Source: Squalus acanthias (lineage: Eukaryota). From it: a DNA stretch of 64,000 nucleotides. The notes beneath the pieces were generated by a model. It made no database searches. It saw only the letters and a list, made by a program, of their open reading frames with translations, and was not told the DNA's origin. The translations under genes and the position numbers were made by a program. The DNA is taken from assembly GCA_030390025.1 (NCBI GenBank), contig CM059431.1, forward strand, positions 122,948,001-123,012,000, written 5' to 3'. Shown one piece after another: positions 50,014 to 60,160 of the stretch (position 1 is the stretch's first letter; each line of letters opens with the position of its first letter).

Positions 50014-50804
50014 TCTTGGCAGCAAAATGGATTACAGGTCTCTCCAGGCTGAGATTCAAGGCTGCAATGAGCAGGGTGTGGCTGGGGAGCAAGTGGCCCC
50101 CCCCGCTTTAAGAAGTGTCCGGCGCCAGTGTGTCTGTGTTACCGCGCTAACTGGCAGCAGCTGCGCTGCGCTCGTGCGCTGAGTTAGCGCCTCACTCCTA
50201 GGCCTTTGCGCCTTAAGAGAGGTGTGCAGCGCCTAATTTAGCGCTCCACTCACCTCCCGGGGCGGTAAAAGTGAAGTTTCCTGTCAGTGCCGATAATTAG
50301 CGCCAGGCGCTAATATTTGCGCGCGGACGATATTTGCGCCCCAAATGGGGCGCGACCTAATTTCTACCCCATGGAATTGAAGGCAAACTATTGACCTGGT
50401 TAGGAGTTTGGCCAGGCGATAGAAGACAGAGTGTAGGGATAATGGGTATGTACTTGAATTGGAAGGAAGTGACCAATGGTGTCCCACAAGAATCTGTGCT
50501 AGGGCCTCAACTATTCACTATGGGGGCGAAATTCAGTTGCTTTGTGCCTCCCGTCATCGCTGTGCCCCGGCTGCAAACTTGGGTTGCGCCCCCTGACCTA
50601 TCGCTGGACGATATGTCCGACTGGGTCAGGGTGGCATTTTTGCAGCCGCCGCGGCACAAGTTAAAGGGCAGGTGTCGGGCGGACTTTTTTTGGCCGATTA
50701 CCAACACCTGCCCCCTTCCCCTTTTTATTTGGGGTGCCGGCTGCGATCGCTCAGCCCGGAACTCATCTACCTCTAACAGATTTATCAAATACGATTTTCC
50801 TTGA

Positions 50805-51500
50805 CACCGCGGGACACACTCACTAGAAGGAGATGCACTACAGGACACACTCACTAGAAAGAGACGCACCGCGAGGACACACTCGCTAGAAGGAGACGCA
50901 ACGCGAGGACACACTCGCTAGAAGGAGACACTGCGAGGACGGTGCCCAGGAGCGAGGTTGAGGCCCAGGCGCGAGGTCGGGTCCCAGGAGTGAGGTCGAG
51001 GCATAGGAGCGAGGTCGGGACCCAGGAGCGAGGTCAGGAGCGAGGTCGAGGCCCAGGAGCGAGGACGAGGCCCAGGAGCGAGGTCGGGACCCAGGAGCGA
51101 GGTCAGGAGCGAGGTCGAGGTCCAGCAGCGAGGTCGAGGCCCAGGAGCGCAGTCGAGGCCCAGGAGCGTGGTCGAGGCCCAGGAGCGAGGACAAGGCCCA
51201 GGAGCGAGGTCGGGACCCAGGAGCGAGGTCGAGGCCCAGGAGTGAGGACGAGGCCCAGGAGTGAGGTCGGGACCCAGGAGCGAGGTCAGGAGCGAGGTCG
51301 AGGCCCAGGAGTGAGGACGAGGCACAGGAGTGAGGTCGGGACCCAGGAGCGAGGACGGGGCCCAGGGACAAGGACGGGGCCTGGGGCCCAGGACGGGGCC
51401 CGGGGCGGGGGCGAGGACGGGGCCCAGGGGCGGGGGCGAGGCAAGCAGCAAGGTCGAGGTGCAGGAGTGGCGCAGCGTGGACCAGCAGCGAGGTCGGGAG
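50805..51500. repeat. Compound GC-rich minisatellite
   Basis: Four ~31-32-bp units (GGACACACTCRCTAGAAGGAGA) followed by 19-bp and 12-bp AGGAGCGAGGTC(GAGGCCC/GGGACCC) units. Confidence 0.93.
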
Positions 51501-51571
51501 GACCACACTGCAGCCTATGAAACCCAGGCAGAGAGGACCTGCGGGAGGGAGGGAGGAGGACAGTAGGAGTA

Positions 51572-51943
51572 TGTGTGTGTGTGTGTGCTAGGCCAATGTA
51601 GCAGAGCCTGGTCTCCAATCGTCTTGGATCCCCTTGCCATTGGACCAAGACCTTGCTCTGTCAAGCCGATGTGGTAGCTGGTGTGCAACGGCCACCCCAC
51701 GTTAAAAGAATTCACGCACAGGCATCTTCCACCCTTTAAAATGAAGTTCGGGACCTGGAACATCAGGACCCTCATGGACAACCCCAACAGCGACAGACCA
51801 GAATGCCGTACTGCTACCACCGTCTGCCCCACCTGTGACAGAGACTGTAGGTCCCGCATTGGACTCATCAGTCACCTGAGAACTCATTTTTAGTGTGGAA
51901 GCAAGTCATCCTCGGTTCCGAGGGACTGCCTAAGAAGAAGAAG
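51572..51943 (+). mobile_element. Short RTE deletion derivative (5' UTR + first codons fused to 3' end)
   Basis: (GT)n, 5' UTR and MKFGTWNIRTLMDNPNSDRPECRTA are joined at ~51815 to TTVCPTCDRDCRSRIGLISHLRTHF, 3' UTR and (AAG)n. Confidence 0.88.
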
Positions 51944-53049
51944 ACTCCTCTTGAGTGCTGGGCTGTTATCTCGGCACCCTGCTCCCAGGTGGTCCAGCAG
52001 GGCCCTGGTGTACGCAGCGCTAGGCCCCTCCCCTTTAATCAGAGAAGGGAGTCCGGCAATGACGCGGCGTTATGTGCCGACGTGCGTGGCGATGTTGCAT
52101 GTAGCGCCGCAAAATTCACTGGTAGCGCCTCAAGAAGGAGGGGGAGCGCTTCCATAATGCCCTGCCTCCTGCTTGCGGCGCTACCGCTGAATTTATGGCG
52201 CAGGGGTGCTAACTTTTTCGGCGCGCTAAAAGTAGCACCCCAGCAAAGTTAGCGCCCCAAAGGGGGCACCACCGAATTTCTCCCTCTATATCTATTAATG
52301 ACTTAGGTAACACAATAGCGAACCATAAATCCAAGTTTGCCAATGACACAAGATTGGTGGTATAGTAAGTAGTGTAGACGGGAGCATAAAATTACAAAGA
52401 GATATTGATAGATTAAGTGGGTGGGCAAAACGGTGGAAGTTGGATTTCAAAGGAGGTGTCAGGTCATCCATTTGGACCAAAAAGGATAGATCCGAGTATT
52501 ATTTAAATGGTGAAAAGCTAAGAAAAGTGGAGGTCCAAAGAGATTTAGGGGTCCATGTACACAGATCACTAAAATATAGTTGTCAGGTACAAAAAATAAT
52601 CAAAAAGGCTAATGGAATGTTAGCCAGTATAACTAAAGGGCTAGAATATAAAGGGGAGGAGGTTTTGCTACAGTTATACAAAGCCCTGGTTAGATCACAT
52701 CTGGAGTACTGTGTACAGTTCTGGGCACGGCACCTTAGAAAGGATATATTGCCCTTTGAAGGAGTGCAGCGCTGATTCACCAGAATATTACAGGGCTCCA
52801 AGGGTTAGATTATGAGGAGAGATTATATAAACTAGGCTTGTATTCCCTGGAATATAGAAGGTTAAGAGGTGATTTGACTGAGGTTTTTAGGATTTTGAAA
52901 GGAATTGATAGGGTAGATAGAAAGAAACGTTTTCCGCTGGTGGGGGAGTCTAGGACAAGGGAACATAACCTTAAAATTAGAGCCAGGCCATTCAGGAGAG
53001 AAGTTAGGAAACACTCCTACATGCAAAGTGTGTTGCACTGTGATTAGTG

Positions 53050-53880
53050 TGTAGTCTAAAAACAAATTACAGGAATGAGGCCCCGGGTCTCAAAATTGAA
53101 GTGATCTCTTTGCTGTTGTAATGGCTGGCCGGCTAGCGCACTCCGATGGTCGGCTGACCAAAAGTCAAGGGCCTAGAGATTTGATTGTGCCCAACAACAG
53201 GTGTACAGGGCCAGATTCAGCTGGTCCACGAGCACACAAGGTCATGTGTGTCCCGTCAGTGGCACCTTGCACCCTGGAGAAGCCTGCATTACATGTGAAA
53301 TCTAGTGCTTTCTTGTCCTGCTTTACTGTGTCCATGGGGAAAGAGATGTAGGTGCCCGTCCTGGCAGAGAGAGCCTCGGTGATACAGCGGTGCACTGTAA
53401 ATTGTGAGATGTCACTGATGTCACCTGCTGCAGCCTGGAAGGAGCCTGTATGTAATGGATGAGCGATTCAAATAGTGTTTCAGGAAGCGTCCTTCCTGCC
53501 TGATTGCAGTGTGAGTCGCTGGGTGTGTTTATCACAGGGCGAGCCAGACGCTGGGGCAGCACAATATTGCAAAAAGGACCGACAATAAACGTAGGATCCT
53601 AATTTAAATATTTTAATCAGTGATTTAAATAGCTCTGGCATACTCCATGTATGCCAATGGAGCAGCCGACACAATATGGGGGATTGTGCACATAATGAGT
53701 GTGTGCACTCTTCCTGCCAGATTGGATGTTCAGGCACCCGTTTTTGCGGGTGCAATGGCATTGACATTTTAGGCCAAAACCTACACCCAAGTCTCCAGCA
53801 CACCAGTAAAACCTAGCACTAGACTCAGGCAGACCTGCAGGCTGGAGGTCATTTAAAATGCCTACACCATTTAAAGGTAA
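53050..53880 (-). mobile_element. Decayed Harbinger fragment
   Basis: HRCITEALSARTGTYISFPM...GFSRVQGATDGTHMTLCA in ORF 53165-53395. Confidence 0.75.
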
Positions 53881-53987
53881 GTGCATTAGGCCTTTTATTT
53901 TTATATATATATTCATAATTTATTAATAATTTCTTAACAATGTAGCTTGTTTCGTGATGAGCAAACTATATGAATCATGCATCATAG

Positions 53988-54595
53988 ATGTCAGCTTGCC
54001 TCAGTTGACAGTACATTTCAGGGTGAGACGGTTGTGACTATGAGCACACTGAGGTAGATTAACACAGCAATTAGCACTTCAAGCGCAGAGCTTCACTCAA
54101 TACGAGCGCATATTAAGAATTTAGGCGCGGAGATCATTGCATGATTTGACATCCATTAATTTCACTATGGAAAGTTGTGCTCGGCATGCATATCTCTGTG
54201 TCCTCATTTCCAATATGAAGTCCTCTTCAGTGAAGCTGTGCGTCAAGAGCACTCATTTTTAAAATCCGCTCCATAATTTATGCTGACATTTCGGTGCAAT
54301 ACCTTGGGAGTACTCCATTTTAGGAGATGCAGTTCTTTGGATGAGACATGAAACTGAAGTCAAGACTGCCTGTTCAGGTGGATGGACAACAGCAGGAATT
54401 TCTCTTGTAACCTGTTCAACATTCCTTCCTCAACCAATACAACCGAAAAACTGATAGCTGTTCATGTGTCTCATAGCTGTTGGGGGGATGTTTCTGGTTA
54501 AAGGTGTTTGTCTATTTAATAACAATCACTGCACTTCAAACAGTAATTCCTTCTGTCAAGCACTTTAAAACATTACAAAGTTCTATATAAATTTA
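53988..54595 (+). mobile_element. Old Deu-domain SINE interrupted by a ~220-bp MITE-like insert (~54051-54272)
   Basis: Decayed match to 31986-32294 (TCTTTGGATGAGAC..AAAC, CCTCAACCAA, CACTGCACTTCAAA). Confidence 0.55.
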
Positions 54596-55099
54596 TTATT
54601 AATTAATGTATCTTTCATATACTCTTTTCAATGATTAATAAGTGCCTTACCTGTCTATATCAATAACTTAACATCAATGGCTGTTTTATGTTTTTTTTTT
54701 CTGTGAACTACATTTCGAGGGTTTGAATATAACTTTCTGTTCCAGTGCCAAAGGAAAAGGACTTTGATGTGATTATTAAACATTCACTGGAAGTATTCAC
54801 TTAGTGTGAAACTATTTTGAACTAGGCTAATTACACACTGAGTGGATCTTAAGAATTTTTGACTATAACTTGAAACAAGTTATTTTTACCTTGCACAGAT
54901 CATTGGTTCAGTCAAGAGGAACAAAGATGACTTTGGAGCACAGGGCTCGATGTTATGAAGCCAACCGCACAGAGGTGAACTTGTTTTCATTGGAGAAAAG
55001 ATTGATATGCCATTTATATCGTGGGATTATTTCCAATGGATTATGATCTGATTCCCATTATTTGCAGAACTGACCCAATTTACTCAACTAGATTCGGAG

Positions 55100-55230
55100 A
55101 CCACTGACAAAAACTCTCGCCTGAAACATTTGATGAAGGAGCCCAGCTGATGATGGGTCCAGTATTAACAAACGTTTTCTTACAGATGTTCACTGTATTT
55201 CCAGCATTTCCTGATATTATTTCAGGTTTC
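55100..55230 (+). mobile_element. Decayed Penelope-like terminal fragment
   Basis: CCTGAAACATT and CAGATG..TATTTCCAGCATTT resemble the reverse complement of 27398-27498. Confidence 0.4.
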
Positions 55231-56519
55231 TAATATTTTCATTTTACCCTGCTGAAAGTAATTGGTTGGTATATTCCTGAAATGGCAGATTTTTAAACAT
55301 ACACAATGATAACAAATTATGAGCAACATAACATAATTTAGTTATTCTGAAAGAAACCTGACGTACTGGTGAATTTGTTTATTCAGGCACACTGCATTAG
55401 GTCACAATAGTCAACAGCATATTTTATTTCCCTTGGCATTCAATCTAATCAAATATCTTTTCTTTAAATCTTAATTTCAAAGTTACAATTTAAACTGCCT
55501 CAGAGGCCCAGTTTCTGCAGTGATATGAAGACAATCAGCTATTTCTTCTGCAAGTGTTTTGTCACATAAAGCCGATCGCAGCTGTAAAACATTTAATCTG
55601 CAGTTTAATCTATGAATCTTGCAGTGTGTATGTGTAAAAGATTGGGTGGTTAATATCCAACTGTGAGAGCAATTACTAATTGGTGCATCATAATTAGTTT
55701 GGGATTTTAGAAAAGTACCACTGCAGGTAATGGCCCACTAGGCACGGAAGTAAGCTTGTCAGCTATCAGACATTGAAATAGGAGCAATTATGTACAAAAT
55801 ACACATGAATGTCTTGATACCCTGTGTGGTAAATAATCCATTCATAGGGAAAAAAAATAAAGAAAATGAAGTACTATTTATCATTGTTCTCTACCTACAA
55901 AATCTTTACAATAAAGACAGTAGTAAATACAAAATCTCAGCTGAAAATTTGGGGCTTGACATTATGCTTTCTGTGCTTAATAAGTCTTTTGTTTTTGCAT
56001 ACTACATTGAATTGTTAGTTGAATACATGTGCAAAACAATATATAAACTCAGAGATGAAATGCTGGATGATTTCAATTATTTCAGAATATTTCATTAACT
56101 TAGTTGTCACGTTTCAGTATTTCTGACTATGCCACCACAGAGGGACCTTGGTGTACTATGTATTAAAAATATAACTCTTGAGTTAAGTTAAGCTCTTATT
56201 GGGTTAAGTTCACAGGACAGCAAGGCTGAGAGGTGTAAATTAGAATTCTGACAGGGTGTCTGAACCAACATGCTTCAGACAATGAAAAATAATTGAACAT
56301 TCTGGTAATCATTTATATTCATTGCTGCTGCAACAACTCTATTCGTTTGACCTCAGCAGGGGGTGGATTTCACTCTCAGGTGGGTATATGGTCAGTTTGA
56401 CTGAAAGCTGACGCTCGAGTTAGGCTGATGAAAAAAAAGCTAACAATCTGCAGGGATAGAAAGTATTGCTTTGGGCTGAAGGCCAAAATGCAAAGGTTCA
56501 GTTTCTACTAGTTGGTTTT

Positions 56520-57209
56520 AAAACTCTCATCCTTCTGTTAAAATTCCTCCATGGCTTCGTTCTCCCTATATCTGTAACCTCGTACAGCCGTTACAGTGTA
56601 ACATCCCCACCGACACCTGGGAATCCCTGGCCCAAGACCGCACAAAGTGGAGGAGAAGCATCCGGAAGGCGCCGAACACCTCGAGTCTCTTCGCCGGGAG
56701 CAAGCGGAAGCCAAGTGCAGGCAGCGCAAGGAGCGCACGTCAACCCAAGCACCCCACCCACCCGCCCCTTCAACCACCGTCTGCCCCACCTGTGACAGAG
56801 ACTGTAGGTCCCGCATTGGACTCACCAGTCACCTGCAAACTCATTTTTAATGTGGAAGCAAGTCATGCTCGGTTCCGAGGGACTGCCTAAGAAGAAGACA
56901 GCTGTACGACCCTCTGACATATCTGAGCTCCTCCAATTCTGGGCTCTTGCGTAACCCTAATTTTAATCGTTCCACCATTGGCGGCCGTGTCTTCAGCTAC
57001 CGAGGCTCTATGCTCTGGAATTCCCTCCCTAAACCTCTCCACCTCTCTACCTCTCTTTCCTCCTTTAAATGTTCCTCAAAACCTACCTCGTTGTCTGCCC
57101 TAATATCTCCTGAAGTGGCTTGGTGTCAAATTTTGTTTGATAGCACTCCTATGAAGCGCCTTGGGATGTTTTACTACATTAAAGGGGCTATATAAATGCA
57201 AGTTGTTGT
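56520..57209 (+). mobile_element. L2 3' end with a nested short RTE 3' fragment (56594-56897)
   Basis: L2 tail TTACTACATTAAAGGGGCTATATAAATGCAAGTTGTTG. RTE zinc-knuckle end with (AAG)n and approximate TSD ACAGCYGT. Confidence 0.88.
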
Positions 57210-58129
57210 ACAAAAAGTAAGATATTCCGAAAATCCGAGTAAGACCCCCACCAACATGGAATAATGTGACAAGTTCATCCTTAGAGATATTGAAAAAGTA
57301 CATATGTGAAAGACATGAATATCTAGTTCAGGTCACAAGGGAATACGATTGTCACACCTGTGGGTTACGCAATTGTATAAGTATATATAGGTCAATGTGA
57401 GACAATTCCCATAAAGTAAGATAGTCAGATAATAGATTAGTAAAATAATCACTTATGAGAATGAAGGTTATCTACAGCAGACCTAAATTTGTAACAATGG
57501 TGATATATTTATTTACAAAATAATGACAGACGAGCTTATTGTGCATATTTCTAAGAAATTATGAAAATGAACAGTTTTATTTAAGTAATTCAGTGGGGGG
57601 AAATTGTTTTTTACCAGAACTTGTCCCTTTTTTATGATGACTTCTAATCATCAAGCCTGATTAATGTAGTTCCTTGTTTATGTTCAGGGCCACAGATGGA
57701 ACCCTTGTTTAAACATTCCAAGACATTACCTGCAGTTTATCAAAGCACCCTGTTTATGTTGTGCAAAGATTTAACTCACAAGAAGGAGGGAAAAAACATG
57801 CAAGTTATTGATGTCTGGACTTTTTTTACTCAGTTTTACTATGTTAAGAAAAGTTCCCATTGAAGCCATATACAGTGTCGTAGTACGTAAATACAATTGT
57901 GGGGTCTACCATTGTTTACACTGCCAAAAGGTTACACCTTTCGTGCATAATAAATTAAACTGGCAATGTTAATATTGTTGATTTAAAAGGCTCAAAATTT
58001 ATGACATTTATTTTTAATCACAAAGGCCTGAATTGCTTACTTATTAAATGCTTGGCTCCTTTTTGCTACTATAAATAAGATTAAGACATGAGGTGTGGGA
58101 ATTGTAGACCAATGGTAGTGAGGAAAATG

Positions 58130-59150
58130 CTCAGGAGTATTCAACAGGATAATCGTCTAAAAAGTGCAGAGACCAAAAGGAATAATCAGCATGGATTTAG
58201 AAAGAACAGGATGTTGCTACAGAAGTCTATTAGAATTCTTTGCAAAGTTGACTAAAAGGGGAGAATTCAGTGTGCTGAAGTTTTAAGGAGGTATTCGATA
58301 AAGTTCAGCATATTAGGCTTACAAAGAAAAGGCTCATGGAATTCAAAGCAAATTAGCTATACGGGATTGAAAGCTGGTTTAGCAATATATATATATATAT
58401 ATCAGGAGGTGCTGATAACAGGAAAAGCTCTGCTGGGTGGAACAATGCCTTGTAGATCATAAGGCAGAGGTAGATAGATTCTTGATAAGCAAGGGGTGAA
58501 AGGTTATTGGGGGTAGGTGGGAATGTGGAGTAATCAGATCAGCTATGATCTTATTGAATGGCGGAGCAGGCTCGAGGGGCTGAGTGGCCTACTCCTGCTC
58601 CTAATTCGTATATTCGTATCATCTGCTGCTCACACTATTCGCAAATGAAATGGGTCAACCTCTTTTTGGTTTTTCCAGCAACTGCGTATGCCAAAAGATT
58701 CCCAATCAGCCAATGACAACCCTTAAAAATGCTACATTCTATTAGTGAGCATTTACTGTGCAAATGTACAGGCATATTTTTCAGTAAGGACAGTTAGAGG
58801 AATGTTTTGACTATATGCAATATTGGAATATGATAAATGTAGGCTATATTTGTGTGTGTTCCTCCACCCAAGAAAATATAGGCTTCTAGTATGTTATATT
58901 TTATGCGGCTTTGTGGCAGTTTCAGTTCTCTGCATCACAGTCATGTTGCACAATGATTTCTGAAGAAATTAAGTTGTTATGATCTGGAATGCATGGCCTG
59001 AAAGGGTGCAAAAAGCAAATTCAATCATAATTTTCAAAGGGGAATGGGATATATACTTGAAAATAAAAAAATTACAGGACGATGGGGAAAAAGCAGGCAC
59101 AGGCATGATGGGCCGAATGGCCTCCGACTATGCTGTATGATTCTATGATT
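58130..59150 (+). mobile_element. Three CR1 fragments (old RT piece 58130-58440; 3' tails 58455-58620 and 58975-59150)
   Basis: CAGCATGGATTT..., GAATGGCGGAGCAGGCTCGAGGGGCTGAGTGGCCTACTCCTGCTCC and GGCCGAATGGCCTCC..TATGATTCTATGAT. Confidence 0.75.
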
Positions 59151-59569
59151 TTATGGCTTATTATAGTTTACTGCTACAATTTTGTTCAATATTAGTACAA
59201 TCATTGTTTTCTCCCCTTCAAATCATCCATGTGCCATTAAAGCTAGATAAACATTTTGCTTTAACAAAATTAAGCAATAAAAGAAGAAAAGGAATAAAAA
59301 AAAGTAATTCAACTAAAGAAATCTTCTTTTTAAGGATCATTTCTAATTTTGTACTTACTTTTGCATGTCCGCAATGAACAATACATTCTGCCCTCATTAT
59401 TTATAAATGACAGAAACACTGCTTAAAAAGGGATTTATTAATGCATTAGTAATAACAACAATGACCTTTTCTGATCCTATGACCCACTTTACTCTAATCA
59501 CTGGTATTTTCATGGGTAAAGCTGAGCTCTTGAAATTATATTAGTACAACACAAATATAATTCCACGTA

Positions 59570-59970
59570 GAGGCAAAGCAATTCTGAGGCTTTGACCCAA
59601 GCAGCTATGGGCTCTCAATACATCCAATGGAGACGTAAGCACAAAGCCTAGACTGACACTTCAATGCAGTACTGAGGGAGTGCTGCATTGTCAGAGGAGC
59701 CTTCTTTCAGATGAGACGTTAAACCATCAAGTCTGCCCTCTCAAGTGGACAAATTACAGGGTGATGGGGTAAAAGATCCCATGGCACTATTCGAAGAAGA
59801 GCATGGGAGATTTTCCCTGGTGTCCTGGCCAGTATGCTCTGACCTCTGACAATGCAGCACTCCCTCAGTACTGCATTGAAGTGTCAGTCTAGGCTTTGTG
59901 CTTAAGTCTCCATTGGATGTATTGAGAGCCCATAGCTGCTTGGGTCAAAGCCTCAGAACTGCTTTGCCTC
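59570..59970. repeat. 128-bp near-perfect inverted repeat (59570-59697 / 59843-59970)
   Basis: The arms are reverse complements with two mismatches. Spacer is 145 bp. Confidence 0.95.
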
Positions 59971-60160
59971 AACACGCACCACTAAAAGAGATTATCTGGT
60001 CAATATCACATTACTGTTTGTGGGAGCTTGCTGTGCGCAACTTGGCTGCCATGTTTCCTACATTACAACAGTGACTACACTTCAAAAAGTAATTAATTGG
60101 TTGTAAAGAGCTTTGGGACATCGAGAGGTCGTGAATGTTGCTATATAAATGTAAGTCTTT
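59628..60160 (+). mobile_element. Deu-domain SINE, rearranged
   Basis: TGCAGTACTGAGGGAGTGCTGCA, GTAAAAGATCCCATGGCACTATT, CATTACAACAGTGACTACACTTCAAAA and tail GCTATATAAATGTAAGTCTTT. Confidence 0.8.

Larger units (their letters stand above)
46144..50370. mobile_element. Young, apparently autonomous PIF/Harbinger transposon (4227 bp)
   Basis: TIRs GGGGTAAAAATT / AATTTCTACCCC (11/12). ATG TSD at 46141-46143 and 50371-50373. Two convergent genes. Confidence 0.97.
50522..52286. mobile_element. Non-autonomous Harbinger element carrying a minisatellite and an RTE derivative
   Basis: TIRs GGGGGCGAAATTC / GAATTTCTCCCTC. TAT TSD at 50519-50521 and 52287-52289. Left ~38 bp resemble the left end of 46144-50370. 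Confidence 0.88.
45301..53030 (+). mobile_element. CR1 ORF2 fragment in three pieces (45301-46143, 50371-50521, 52287-53030), hosting two Harbinger insertions
   Basis: CR1 RT sequence resumes exactly across both insertions (..CTCATG|GAATTG.. and ..TTCACTAT|ATCTATTAATGAC..). Confidence 0.92.

Noticed and set aside
50805..50940. CRISPR-like regularly spaced repeats
   Set aside because: Head-to-tail units without unique spacers, eukaryotic context, no cas genes.
50886..51520. Three ~200-aa ORFs on both strands
   Set aside because: They are stop-free translations of the GC-rich minisatellite, with no domain or gene context.
51585..51740. HDV-like ribozyme in the RTE 5' UTR as a feature call
   Set aside because: Hairpins are visible, but the nested double pseudoknot could not be assigned by eye.
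55790..56098. 102-aa ORF in AT-rich DNA
   Set aside because: Composition is typical of random AT-rich sequence, with no motif.
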